A stretch of DNA of 64,000 bases, from the NCBI RefSeq assembly GCF_011386835.1, contig NC_088791.1, positions 6,448,001 through 6,512,000 of the forward strand, read 5' to 3'. The translations under genes and the position numbers were made by a program. Of the stretch, positions 11,552 through 23,120 are shown in pieces (within the stretch, counting starts at the first letter, position 1; every line of letters starts with the position of its first letter). The DNA is from Chrysemys picta bellii. Taxonomy: Eukaryota. Below the pieces are notes generated by a model. That model was not told the origin of the DNA, made no database searches, and worked only from the letters and a program-made list of their open reading frames with translations.

Positions 11552-11795
11552 AGAAGGAAGGATGGTCCAGGGACTAGAGTGCTAGACTGGACTGAGGAAA
11601 CCCAGGTCCAATTCTTTGCTATGCCACAGATTGCTTGTGTGTGACCTAGGGCCAGTCACTTCATCCTCTGTCCTTAGTTCCCCATCTGTAAAATGGGGCT
11701 AATACTTCCCTATCTCACAGGTGTGCTGTGAGTATTAATACATTAAAGACTGAGAGAGGCTCAGATGCTGTGGTAATGGGGACAACATAAGGACC
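11552..11795 (+). mobile_element. MIR-like CORE-SINE
   Basis: CORE gtgacctagggccagtcacttcatcctctgtccttagttccccatctgtaaaatgggg. Further MIR-like pieces lie near 7690-7815 (-), 13500-13715, 27370-27720 (-), 28590-28940, 39830-40110 (-), 40270-40470, 42935-43080, 57100-57210 (-) and 63270-63630. Confidence 0.8.
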
Positions 11796-12446
11796 TTAGA
11801 TGGATGGAATTGGGCTCAAGAAGAGACCCATGGACGTTCTCATCAAAAGCATTTTTGAATGTAGGTGTTTTTGGAAGGGATAAGGAGATAAATATGTAGA
11901 GGATCCCTAAGCTACCTGAATAACCAAATGATATTTCATTGGTCACGGAAGAGAGGTTTCAAGGAATCTGAGAAATATGGGCAGTGAATACATTTAACTG
12001 TATCCACCCCCAGGGACAAATGTCAGTATTATCTGGCCATCTGGTCTCCTTTTCTTTAATTAAACGAATGAAACCTATGATCACACAGGCCGGCCCAGAG
12101 ACATTGCCAGAACAAATCAATAGCTGTAGGAAAATCAGATTGCTCATCTCAAATGCACAAATGCTATTAAGCCGAGACAGTCTGAATCATCTTGAGTTCA
12201 TGTCTATAGTGCACTGGGTGCCATTAAAAAACAAATACTGTAGGAGGGTATTGACTTTTCCTGTGTGTAGAATATATATAGTATATATCATCAAGATGAC
12301 TACAGTATCTATATCCAGACGTTGACTTATACAGCATTCATCCCCATGGTATCTGACTGTCACAATATTATAAATTGTATACACCCTCTCTTTTTTTCCT
12401 ACCACAAGTCTGCAGGAATTTGACTTTTAGGGCATGTCTACAATAG

Positions 12447-12897
12447 ATATGATAGAGGTCTATGAAATCATGACAGGTGTGGAGGAAGTGTTATTTACTC
12501 CTTCTCATAACACAAGAACTAGGAGTCACCAAATGAAATTAATAGGCAGGAGGTTTAAAACAAACAAAAGGCAGTATTTTTTCACACAATGCAGTCAACT
12601 CATGGAACTCTTTGCCAGAGGATGTTGTGAAGGCCAAGACTATAACAGGGTTAAAAAAAAATAACTAGATTAGTTCCTGGAGGATAGGTCCATCAATGGC
12701 TATTAGCCAGGATGAGCAGGGATGGTGTCCTTAGCCTCTGTTTGCCAGAAGCTGGGAATGGGTGACAGGGGATGGATCACTTGATGATCACCTGTTCTGT
12801 TCGTTCCCTCTGGGGCACCTGGCACTGGCCACTGTCAGAAGACCGGATACTGGGCTAGATGGACCTTTGGTCTGACCCAGTGTGGCTGCTCTTATGT
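12447..12897 (+). mobile_element. CR1 3' portion
   Basis: [13 protein letters not shown]...[21 protein letters not shown]; 3' UTR ends ctcttatgtt. Confidence 0.9.
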
Positions 12898-14151
12898 TCA
12901 AAACCTAGCATAGCACGGGGTCCTGGTCCATGACTCTGGGCCCTAGGGCTGTGGAAATACAAATAAATAATAATAATAAAACTGTGGCTTTGAAAACCCA
13001 GTTCAACGACTACAGCTTTGACAAAGAACTGGCTCTCCAAAAAAAGCAGGTTTTTGGTTTTTTTAAACATCCTCAAAGAGACACTTGCTCTCTGGGAGCA
13101 AAGAAGCAATGACAGAGCGGGGGTAGCATGCACCTTAACTTTGTATTTTGTGGTTTTCAGAAGTTTGTTTGCGTTCCCTTAATGCTTCATTTCCTAGTTT
13201 TCAAAGGTTCGGAATGTAGCTGAACTTGAGCATTCTGGAAAGGCACGAGGCAGCCCGGACTCTCCATTAACAAAACTTTTGGGTAGCTAATATTTTATAA
13301 CATTTATCTAACATTGTTTTGAAAGGAAAAAAAGTTTCAGTGCTGCTAACTGTATCCTTGTAGACATATGAAGGTTACCAGGGTCTCCCTCAAAACAGAT
13401 GTTCCTGCCTCTGTACAAAACACCAACAGATGTTGATATATTGTTGCAGGCGCGGAGGCTCCAAGTCTGTAGCACTGCTAAGGTACCACAGTATATTATG
13501 TGATGGGTTCTGGGATTCAGAAGCGCTATCTTCTATTCCTGTCTCTGTTGCATGACCTTGGGCAAGGCTTTGTGTGCCTCAGTTTCCCCTCCTATACTTT
13601 GACTGTCTTATCTATTTAGCCTGTAAGCTGCTTGGGTCAGGAACTATTTGTCTGTACTGTGCTTCGCTCAGTTGTGGTCGAGGCCTCTAAGCACGATTGC
13701 AACACAAATAACAGTGTGTTTTAAAAAATATATATTGTTTGTAATGTAGGGCCCCATTCTGCGAATAGTCAAGCTTTACTCACTTGAATAGTTGGACTTT
13801 AAGGGGACTGCACAGATGTGCTTTGTGTTAGCAAGATCTGGGCCTTACAGGCATATGTAGTTCTGGCCCTGAAGCGTTTACAAGCTGCTCAACAGACAAA
13901 CAACCCCCCCCCCCGAAAAAAACCCCAAACACCCCACCACGAAGGTGGGGTGTGAAAGAGGTACAAGCCCAGGGGCTGGTGGGAATTCTTGCAGCTGCAG
14001 CCTTGGGGAAGGAGGGACCCAGAAGCCTGGCCTAGGGAATGGCTCAGTGGCTGCAGCTGGGGCTTGGGGAAACAGGCGAGCAATGGGACCTGCGCCAGTC
14101 GCCCACGTTACTGCTGTACCGGAACCCCCAGCCGCAGCGCCGGGCAGGTGA

Positions 14152-14297
14152 GGACTACACCTCCCATGACGCCCCGCGCTCCCCGCCGCCATGAGGCGGA
14201 GCGCTCGGCGCGGAGCACGCTGGGAGCTGTAGTCCTGGCGGGCCTGGCCGCCGCTCCGCAGGCCCGGCGGCGAACTCCATGTCCCGTGGTGCCCCGC
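14152..14297. promoter_or_regulatory. Three ACTACAnnTCCCA-type (ZNF143/SBS-THAP11) promoter motifs
   Basis: + GGACTACACCTCCCATGACGCCCCGC at 14152-14177; - GGACTACAGCTCCCAGCGTGCTCCGC at 14210-14235; degenerate + GAACTCCATGTCCCGTGGTGCCCCGC at 14272-14297. Confidence 0.8.
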
Positions 14298-14378
14298 GCA
14301 GCGGCGGCCGGTGAGGGGAGGGGGCGGCCGGGTCTGAGGGAGCCGGAGGGAGGCAGGCAGCGAGCAGCGGCAGCGGCG

Positions 14379-14792
14379 ATGTCGGTGCAGGTGGCGGCCC
14401 CCGCCGTGGAGCTCAAGGAGCTGGGCGGCCCCAGGGACAAGGGGGCGGCCGCCCCCTCCCGCCCGGCCGAGCCGGGGCCTCTCCCCCCGCCGGGGCTCGG
14501 CGTGGCCGGGGCGCCCTGCCCGCTGCCGGCCCCGGCCGGGGAGCGTGAGGCGGCGGCGGCCCCCGGCGCGGGGTGCGGGGCCGAGCGGCCTCCCGCGAGC
14601 GGCTGCCCCGGGCTCCCCGCGGCCGGGCTCCCCCCCGGGGCCGCCAAGGTGCCGCAGGCTTCGGCCATGAAGAGGAGCGACCCGCACCACCCGCAGCACC
14701 GGCTCCGGGACGGGGGGGACGGCGGCGCCGGGCGGGAGGCGATGGTCAGCCCCGACGGCACCGTCACCGAGGCGCCCCGCACCGTCAAGAAG
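14379..14792 (+). CDS. AHCYL2: AHCYL2 (Long-IRBIT) coding exon 1, 138 codons, Pro/Ala/Gly-rich long-isoform N-terminus; ends at a phase-0 donor AAG|GTACCG
   Basis: Translation from ATG 14379 (gcggcgATG): MSVQVAAPAVELKELGGP...AERPPASG...AAKVPQASAMKRSDPHHPQHRLRDGGDGGAGREAMVSPDGTVTEAPRTVKK. This matches the recalled mammalian AHCYL2 exon 1 anchors MSVQV, VELK, AERPP, KVPQASAMKRSDPHH and VSPDGTVTEAPRTVKK. GT at 14793-14794 falls exactly where mammalian exon 1 ends. Confidence 0.96.
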
Positions 14793-16213
14793 GTACCGTG
14801 GGGGGGGGGCGGCCCCCAGAATGTGGGGGAGGGGGACCCCCAATGCAGGACCCCACTAGGGAAGGGGGTTCCCCATGACTGAGACCCCGGGGAGGGGAGA
14901 CCCGCATCCCCTTCATGCAGAGCTGCCTTCCTACAAGAATCCCCATTTGCTTAAGGTGGGACCCCTGGGAGAAGCAGCTCTATCCCCTTGACGGGGGACC
15001 CCTTTATAGGCATGCTGTGGGACAGGGACTCTCATCCTTGGAGAGGGAAACTCTTCTTACCCGATAGGTATCGCTTTGCCCCTATGAAGGGGCTCCCACA
15101 CAAGCCTCTCGGGTAAGAGAGCCCAGTTCTCTAAGGCGATTCTCCCTTGGCAGCTTGCTGGGATGCGGGGGGGCTTTGTTTCTTCAAGATTGGGGCTCAT
15201 CTCTTTGTCTGTAAGAGAGAATTCCCATTCTTCTGGAGAGACCTTCCTTGTGACCCCTTGACAGCATACCCAGTGTTTGGGGGACCTGACCCACCTGATC
15301 TCTAAAAGCACTAGAACCTGAGACATTGAACTCCCTGAAGAGAGATACTCCAGATAAACCCACTAATCCAGCCCTTGGAGAGACCCCTGAGTACCCAGGT
15401 GAAGACTGTGCCATGTGCTATCACTATAGGCACCCTCTCTTGGAGAAAGAGTGGAGCACCCATAATCTGGTACCTCCCTCCCATCTTCTTCCTTGGTCAT
15501 CTTTGTTCTTAGGTAACCTCACATTATCTTTATCCCCCGATGTGATATCACCCTATTCCTTCATCCCCTTTTTGGTGTCTGCCATCCTTGGGAAGGACAC
15601 CTGTTTTCCTTCATATTTCCTCTCAAGGACCAGTGCTTGCTTGACAAGATGAAAAACATGGTGATGGATCTTGTGTGTCAAGGATCATGACATATTTGAC
15701 CTTTTAAATCTCCCAGGTGGAGGGGGAGTATTGATGTGGGTGGTGAGAGTTTCTGCCTGGGAAGAATTCTGCATCCCTATGTCCAGGTACTTCTAAACTC
15801 ATCGGAGACATGGTCTGATATAAGGGAAACAAACAATACCCAACCAGAGGGAGCGGATCCTCCATGCAGTAGAAGCAGAGTATTCATGAAGGAGCAAAAC
15901 CAACCACCACCAATCTAGCACGGTGGGATTGTTTATGGGCTGTGAAACTGTGTGGTTGCTATAGGAAGTGAGATGTTGAATGAGGATGTCTGGGAGTACA
16001 TGCTGTTCCTTCTCCTTCTGCAATGCTACTGCTTTCCAATCCCTTTAGTGCGTGGGTTTGTTCCAGTGACTGAAGGGTTGTCTTTGCATTTATTAAACTA
16101 AGTTTACACATCCACAGTCCGTTTGGTACAGCAAACGTTTAAAGCAAATGTATGCAACTTTTAAGGCAATATACAGTAGTAAATCATATCTTTGCTTGGC
16201 TTTAAGACTTTCA

Positions 16214-16460
16214 GGCCTTGTCTTCACTAGGGAAATAGCGTATTTTAAACGTGTTAACTAATCATTAATGCATGTTAAAATCCTGGTGTAGACAGGATAA
16301 GTTATAATGTGTTGGCTGGAAATGTATGCTCTCTGTTAAGATTTATCTTGACTGGCTAATCTGTTAAACCTACAATTTACCTTGTCTACACTAGGATTTT
16401 AACGTGTTAACACATTATGTAACATGCTTAACACACTCTTTTTGTAGTGTAGGTATGACC
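16214..16460. mobile_element. Palindromic Harbinger-type MITE
   Basis: ggccttgtcttcactag ... gtagtgtaggtatgacc termini plus internal inverted arms at 16271-16296 and 16380-16406. Confidence 0.65.
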
Positions 16461-18949
16461 TCTGAGGGTTAATAGCCAATGCTTTTTTCCCCTTTCCATT
16501 ATTCTCTCTTTCTAGAAGTGTTAGTAGTATATATTAATTTGGACTTGCAAAATTCTAGTTGCATAGGCAAATACTTTTTCTTTGCATGAGGATATAATTA
16601 TTAACACACTCATCACCATGGTAAAGGGTGTGTGGGTAAAAGTGCCTAAATTGGTAGACTTCAGTGATTTTGCAATGCTGTTTTAGTTTAATGATGGGAT
16701 TGTAATATCTGATCAATAGCAAAATGACATGATAAACATTTAGGACCTGGTCCTACGAAGATATATGCACATGCTTAACTTTAATCACATTAACTTAATT
16801 GGGACAAGAGTAAGTAAAGTTAAGAACCTTTTCTTAAGCCTGATGTTTTAATGTTTGTCCTCATTTTCACTATACTGAGTTCCTGAGGCAACCAAATCCA
16901 TGCTAACTTTTTTGTAGCTACCTCTGACATCTTAGAATTCTGTATGTAGGCCCAAATTTTCAAAAGTGGCCACCGATTATGGGGATCTCCCTTTTTAAGA
17001 TACCTTGGACCAGACTTTCAGAGGTCAAAGTCACATCAATCATTTAGTCTTAACAAATTAAAATTCCCAATTGCAACTTACTAATTAGGTGAGCCCCCCT
17101 TGACTTCAGTTGGAAGTGAGTGAGAGCTTTAAAAATCAGGCTTAAGGTAATTGACACTGGAAATTCATAAAATGAGGTATCCAAAAATCAGAAAACTTTG
17201 GAAATGTTGGCATTAGTGATTGTGGTGTGGTAAGAGTAGCGGTGTGAGAATCAAGACTCCTCAGTTGATTTACTGTGTGTCCGTGGGTTTATTGCTACAG
17301 CTTGGTTTCAAAATCTGTGAAATGCGTGTACACTTACTTACACAGGTGTGCATAGCAATTTAATACTCACCTGTCATACATTTGCTTATGAAGCATATTG
17401 AAATCTTCTGAGGAAAGGTACTATACAGTTGAAATTTTTTTTATTAATATAAATGCTCATTTTACAAATGGAAAGTGAACTTTTTTTGTAGCTTTCAGTA
17501 CTGAAAGCAGAGCTTGCTTTCTGAATGTCAAGCTGTGTTCTTTCTGCTTCTTAACATTACCAACATAAAGGTTCTGGAATCAGAACTGAGCTGGCAATCC
17601 TGTTGATTCATGAAGCAAAATAGAACACAGCTTGCTCCTCCATAGCTAGACCGCCTCTGCAGTACTGATGGCAGTAAAAGCTGCAGGTTTTGTCTGTAAA
17701 CTAAGTGGGTTTAAAACCGAAAACAGAGGGTACAGACGCATAGGGTAACAAGGTGCATCTTATTACACTGTCACTTGTCTGAGTAGCTTCGCTGTAACTA
17801 TAAAATTCCTCAGTAAAATGATTACATCAAAATAGGTGCCTGATGCTCACCAGACTGGCATATTAGTGAGCTGCAGTTGGGTATTTTACTTTGCAAAGAG
17901 TATAAATGACTCTCATGTGGCTTGCCTAAATGATGATTTTGACCTTGACTCCTAGCTAATTTGATTGCATCAGGGAGTATAAGGGTTGAAACTGCTGCTT
18001 TTCCATAATAAATCCAATTGTTTGGGGTGAGGTTCTCACAGCATTTTATTCACTTGCTGTATAGGAGAATTTTTAGATAGTCTGTGTTCCATTCAGATTA
18101 TCTTATTTTACTCATGTGTTAGTTTGCCATTTACTCAATTTCATTCTAATCTATAGTGATCAGTTATACCAGGGTAATAAATGTTTCTCCTAAGGCTGAA
18201 TTCCCAACTGCTGCTCGTAATGAGAGTGGTTTATATGCCAGTTAGTAAAATCTTATCAGTGTTATAATATATAATACACTTGGGCCCTCCCCTCAGCATG
18301 TATGCAATTTATTTTTAGATAGCACCTTCTGTATGATATATTCAGACCTTTGTTGAAAGACCAATACCTTAAGTTGGATACAGAGATCTTGCAGGTAGAA
18401 AGGGAAAAGTGACAGGTAGAGAGAAAAACAATAGTAAAAATATAAAAGCAGTAAAGATGAGTAAATATTAACTCAGTGAGGGGCACAGAAAGTGCAGAGA
18501 TGAGGAAAGGCAGTATAATTAAGGGTACCTAAACTCCGATGAATGAGTGAAATATTAGCAGTTGGCAAGCAGTCTGAAGCCCACACCCAATTTGTATTAA
18601 AATTGACATAAATGCTAAGTACAGATGACTGATATTTGTACTTCCTCGACAAAGGAATAGAAACTTCATGTTTTGAATTTACCAGTGATTTAAAAACCTA
18701 TAGCTGATCAGCTTTGATCCTCACCAAGCAGTTGAGAAATGGGCCATAGGCAGTATTTAAGACTTTGAAAAGTGTATTTGGCCTCTTGGGGTGTGTTTTG
18801 AGCATCTGAGCTCCAGCATCTGTAAAACAATGTCCTATTTCAAACAGGAAGTGATGAAGGCAAGATAAAAAAAAAATGGCTGAGGTGTTGTAAAGGGAAA
18901 TACACAGGTCAACTTGAGTGAGAGTCACTTGCAGTGTTGGGAAGTTTTA

Positions 18950-20510
18950 AAGAGGACTGAAAGGTAGCAAAGACTGGAGGAGCGGAATTACTTTAAGTGG
19001 TTATGACAGTGATTGGGTGCAACAAGTCCCTAGTTATGAAAGCTAGGAGGGGAGTTTTCAGTTGGTGAGGGACTTGAAGCCAGTAATCGTGGTGAAATAT
19101 GGGGTAATATAGTCATGCTTCCTGAAAGGAGAGAATAGTCTGGATGCAAAATTCTGACCTCCTGAAGTTGAGAGTAAGCCTTCAAAAAGACATTGATAAA
19201 TACTGAGACAAGAAGTGATGAAAGCATAAATAAAGATTTCAGCAGTGAGTGTATTCTGAGGATGGTATTGGATGATTTGCAGATGAGAGGAAAAAGGTTA
19301 ATGGTCCAGGATGTCTCCAAATTTTGTGGTTTTGGGAGTGTAAATTAAGGTGATGGATAGCCTCAGAGAGACATAAGGTTGATTTGTGTATGTATAAAGG
19401 AGGAAGAGGGGAATAAATGCATGGCATGAGATTAGGGGCAATTCTACCCACAAGGAAGAAGTTGGTCTTGAAAACATTTAATAGGAAATTGTGAGATCTT
19501 GGAGTCATGGATAGTTCTCTGGAAAAAACAAACTACTCAATGTGCAGCAGCATTCAAAAAAGCTAACAATATTGGGAAGCATTAAAAAAGGGATAGATAA
19601 TAAGACAGAAAATATATTGCCTCTATATAAATCCATGGTACACCCACACCTTGAATACTGCATGCAGATGCGGTTGCCCCACCTCAAAAAAGATATATTG
19701 GAATTGGAAAAGGGCAACAAAAATGATTAGAGGTATGGAATGACTTTCATATGAGGAGAGATTAATAAAACTGGGAAGAGAGACGAGTAAGGGGGGATAT
19801 GCTAGAGGTCTATAAAACCATGACTGGTGTGGAGAAAGTAAACAAGTGTTATTTACTCCTTCCCATAACACACGTACTAGTGGTTACCAAATGAAAATAG
19901 GCAGCAGGTTTAAAACAAACAAAAGGAAATATTTTTTCCACACAACGCACAGTCAACCCGTGCCAGAGGATGTTGTGAAGGCAAAGACTATTACGGGGTT
20001 AAAAAAAAAACCTAGATAAATTCACGGAGGATATATAAAAGCATCAATGGCTATTTGCCAGGGATGTTGTCCGTAGCCTCTGTTTGCCAGAAGCTGGAAA
20101 TGGGCGACGGGATGGATCACTTGATGATTACCTGTTCTGTTCATTCCCTCTGGGACACCTGACATTGGTCACTGTCAGAGGACAGGATACTGGGCTAGAT
20201 GGACCTTTGGTCTGAACCAGTATGGCCGTTCTTATGCTGTAGATTTGAGCTGACAGACCAAGAAATAAGGTAAATGAAGAGAATGAACTGAGGGAGTTGT
20301 AAAGTTAGATGTCCTCTCTGAAAAGTGATTTCTGATCCAGCATTGAGTTCTCCCATAGGGAGATAAGATATGGAGAAGTGGCTCAAGACTGGGAACCTGA
20401 GGCAGTTTGTATTAGGATGAAGGGGAGATGTAAAGCCTTGACTAGGCATGGAAGAGAAGTAAGATCCAGTCCCACAGTGAGTGCTGGAGGCTGTTTGAGA
20501 CACCCACAAA
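18950..20510 (-). mobile_element. Ancient L2-like fragment (~18950-19490, probably resuming 20240-20510) interrupted by CR1
   Basis: The minus-strand ORF 19030-19320 (..ICKSSNTILRIHSLL..LLVSVFINVFL..YS) and purine-rich + strand resemble L2 ORF2; highly degenerate. Confidence 0.45.
19492..20236 (+). mobile_element. CR1 3' portion
   Basis: ENILPLYKSMVHPHLEYCMQM..PHLKKDILELEK; tail ggccgttcttatg. Confidence 0.92.
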
Positions 20511-20599
20511 ATTTAGACCAAGGTATCCAAATCACACTAGACCAAATAAGAGAATAAAGAAGAATCTAAGATAAGAGGTAATGTGAGCTTTAAATCTCT

Positions 20600-20963
20600 T
20601 GTGAAGTCCTCTGTGGGGAGGCATAGCATAGGCATTTACAGTATAAGCATCTCCTTAATGCCTCAACCTCGACTTAGAGGAACCATCTCTAGTGGGGAGA
20701 GTGGAGCTCACTTGCTATGGCCCATTCAGGTTTTCCCCTCTCCTGCGATTTCTGCCACAAAACTGTCACTAAATGACAGCGTGGGTGACTAAGTTTTTGT
20801 GATGAGTTCTCAACCCAAGTGCCCCAAACTAATTTGCATAATTCGTTAAACATTTGTCAGATAGTCTGAGCTGCTAGTCGCTACTGATTTGAGCTAGATT
20901 TGTACCAGCAGCCCAGAGGTGAAAAATTGTGTCCCATTAATAGTGTGAGCCATCCAGCTCCCT
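20600..20963 (-). mobile_element. LF-SINE-like element
   Basis: The reverse complement begins gggagctggatggctca...aatgggac...tttcacctctgggc (tRNA-like head) and stays collinear with the LF-SINE consensus as I recall it. Confidence 0.62.
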
Positions 20964-21772
20964 GTTTGCTGTATTTTTTTTTTTTTTTTTAAGATAAAGA
21001 CAGAGTGGTTGATGGCAGTGCTATATAAAGGAATAAGGGTTTAGTAAACTCTTAATTTTTACTGATTTGTACCCTAAAGCGTGATAGAAATGTTGTACAG
21101 TCTGTGTAACAGGTGTCATTATACAGACAGTGAAGGAAGCCAAAATCAAATTCACCAAATGCTTAACTCAATATAAATGTATTGAATTTCAGCAAAGCCT
21201 TTCTGGGCTCTCGGAAGTCAGTCTGGTGCTCTGAAATGGTGAGACTTGGCAAGTGTAGAAATAAGATTGAAGAACTTGAGATTTGATTTCCTTAAGCAGG
21301 TCTCATGATGTGTAAAGTCTAAAGACGTCCAGAACCAACTCTCTTTTGGGAACACTTGCTGTAGCAACTCCATTGGCCATCTCCTTGCCTACGACCCTGA
21401 AGCAACAGCTTGCCGCATTGCTTTTCTCTTCATAAATTGCCATAATTTTTGTGCCCTGTGGATCTGAGGGCAGAAGAAAAAGTATAATTGTTTAGTCCTT
21501 TGGATGCACATTGGGGTATCCAAACTTTATCCAGTCAAAGGCTGCATTGGCAAGAGCTCAAAGGTCACATGCATAAAAGAACAGGTTGCAGCTGCCCTCT
21601 CAATGGGGAAGTGCAGCCTGTGGAAACTACAGATCGCAACATGCAAGAAGTCGTGGTTGCGCATCTCAGTATTGAGCACTGTATTCAGACATCTACTCTT
21701 GGAGCCTTCTCATCTCTGTATTAAACATGAGGGCAGCTGTTGGCCATGTGACAGATGTTGAACGCCGTAGAC

Positions 21773-21946
21773 CAGGGGCAGTCAGTTATTTTTTGTCAAG
21801 GTTCATATTTCTTGGTTAAGGTATAGTCAAGGTCCAGACTCCAGAGAAAATAATAATAAAAAAGGTAAATAAAAAGATTTTGGTGTCTGTTCAAAAGTGT
21901 TTGGCAGTCTGGATTTAGCCCGTGGTCTGCCTATTGACTACCCCTG
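21773..21946. mobile_element. hAT MITE
   Basis: TIR caggggcagtca / tgactacccctg; 8-bp TSD ccgtagac / ctgtaggc. Confidence 0.8.
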
Positions 21947-22279
21947 CTGTAGGCTGTGGTTTGACAGCCCATATATCAAAAGCGGTGCTGCTTCACTTAT
22001 CTAACTGGAGTGGTCACATGTCAGGGAGATATGGTATGCAAGTGGTTAAAAGGAAACACTGGCCCTTTATCGCCAGATAAGTTGATATAATGAAGATATG
22101 GTCATGCTAGGCATGATTTTGAGATTTCTCTGATTTTGCAGCAGACACTCGCTTATTCTGTAGTCCTGCTCAAACACAGGTGCATCATATCATGTGTTCA
22201 GTTCTTGTAAATGAAGATGAACGTTGATCAGAAAGTCATGTAGAAGTTTGTAGGAGACGGGATGAACCAGTGTCCATAT

Positions 22280-23120
22280 AGGCGGTCGTGGCTGTCCCTC
22301 CGTGCCTGCCTCTGAGGGGGGCCATGCCTCCTTGCAGTCTGATCTGCTAGAGTACACTCAAAAGAAAGAGGGGGAATTAGTAGTGCTCCATGGGCCCTGG
22401 TCTTCAAGCAGGGAAGGGCCGCAAACAGTCTGGGCTCTGACTGGCGGTCAGGACAGAGTGGTACTATGTTAGAAGTCCACCCCTCAAGCAGGGCGGGACA
22501 GCAAACAGTCAGGGCCTTGGCCTGCAGTCAGGCAGAGCTGTAGCAAGTATAAGCCCAGCCCTCAAGCAGGGCGGGACAGTAAACAATCAGGGCTCTGGCC
22601 TACAGTCAGGCAGAGCTGTAGCCCAAATACCATCTGTGAGGCTCTGGCAGAGATGAGCACCACGCACAGGCTCTGGGGCTCCAGCAGAGATGTCCGAGGA
22701 GTGCAGGCCTCCTGGCTTAAGGAGAGGGAGTGGGCTGCAACACACTGACCTTGTATCAGGCCAGCTCTCAACCAGACTGTCGTCAGGTTTCCCTGAGCTG
22801 CTTCCTACTCTCCCCCTCGGGTGTACCTGTGTCCAGGGGTCGTCCTCAGTCTCCTCGGGATATACCGCCAAGGGTGGCGGTAGCAGTTCCTCGGTGTTGG
22901 GAGTGGCCGGGGTCTCGGGAAGCTCTTGCAGACCCTCAGGTCAGCCGTGGTTCTCGGGATTCCGCTCCAGCAGCAGGGAAGATGTGTCTGTCTCCCTCCG
23001 CAGCTCCCTCCCAACTAAGCTGCTGGGCTGGCCTTTTGTACTTCCTCTTCCTGTCCCGCCCATCTGCTTCCGGTGTGCGGGGTGTTGTCCTCCTTGCTCT
23101 GCCCACAAGGTGGCTTGCTA
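22280..23120. mobile_element. GC-rich LTR-like repeat with an internal ~79-bp tandem triplication (22404-22622)
   Basis: Three units starting tcaagcaggg at 22404, 22484 and 22562; relatively CpG-rich; outer boundaries uncertain. Confidence 0.5.

Larger units (their letters stand above)
13950..14900. promoter_or_regulatory. AHCYL2: CpG island / AHCYL2 promoter and first exon
   Basis: Very high GC content and abundant CpG against a CpG-depleted background; encloses the start codon. Edges approximate. Confidence 0.9.

Noticed and set aside
1-14100. SMO 3' exons (the upstream neighbour of AHCYL2 in mammals)
   Set aside because: No Smoothened-like peptide recognised; the region is mostly repeats.
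13878-14843. 321-aa and 226-aa minus-strand ORFs and the alternative + frame ORF over the CpG island
   Set aside because: Shadow ORFs caused by stop-codon scarcity in very GC-rich DNA; low-complexity translations with no recognisable domain.
13989-14882. 297-aa ORF as a single-exon gene
   Set aside because: Only 14379-14792 matches AHCYL2; the tail after KK is read-through into intron 1.
22404-22622. CRISPR-like array
   Set aside because: Whole ~79-bp units repeat without unique spacers, in eukaryotic DNA with no cas genes.
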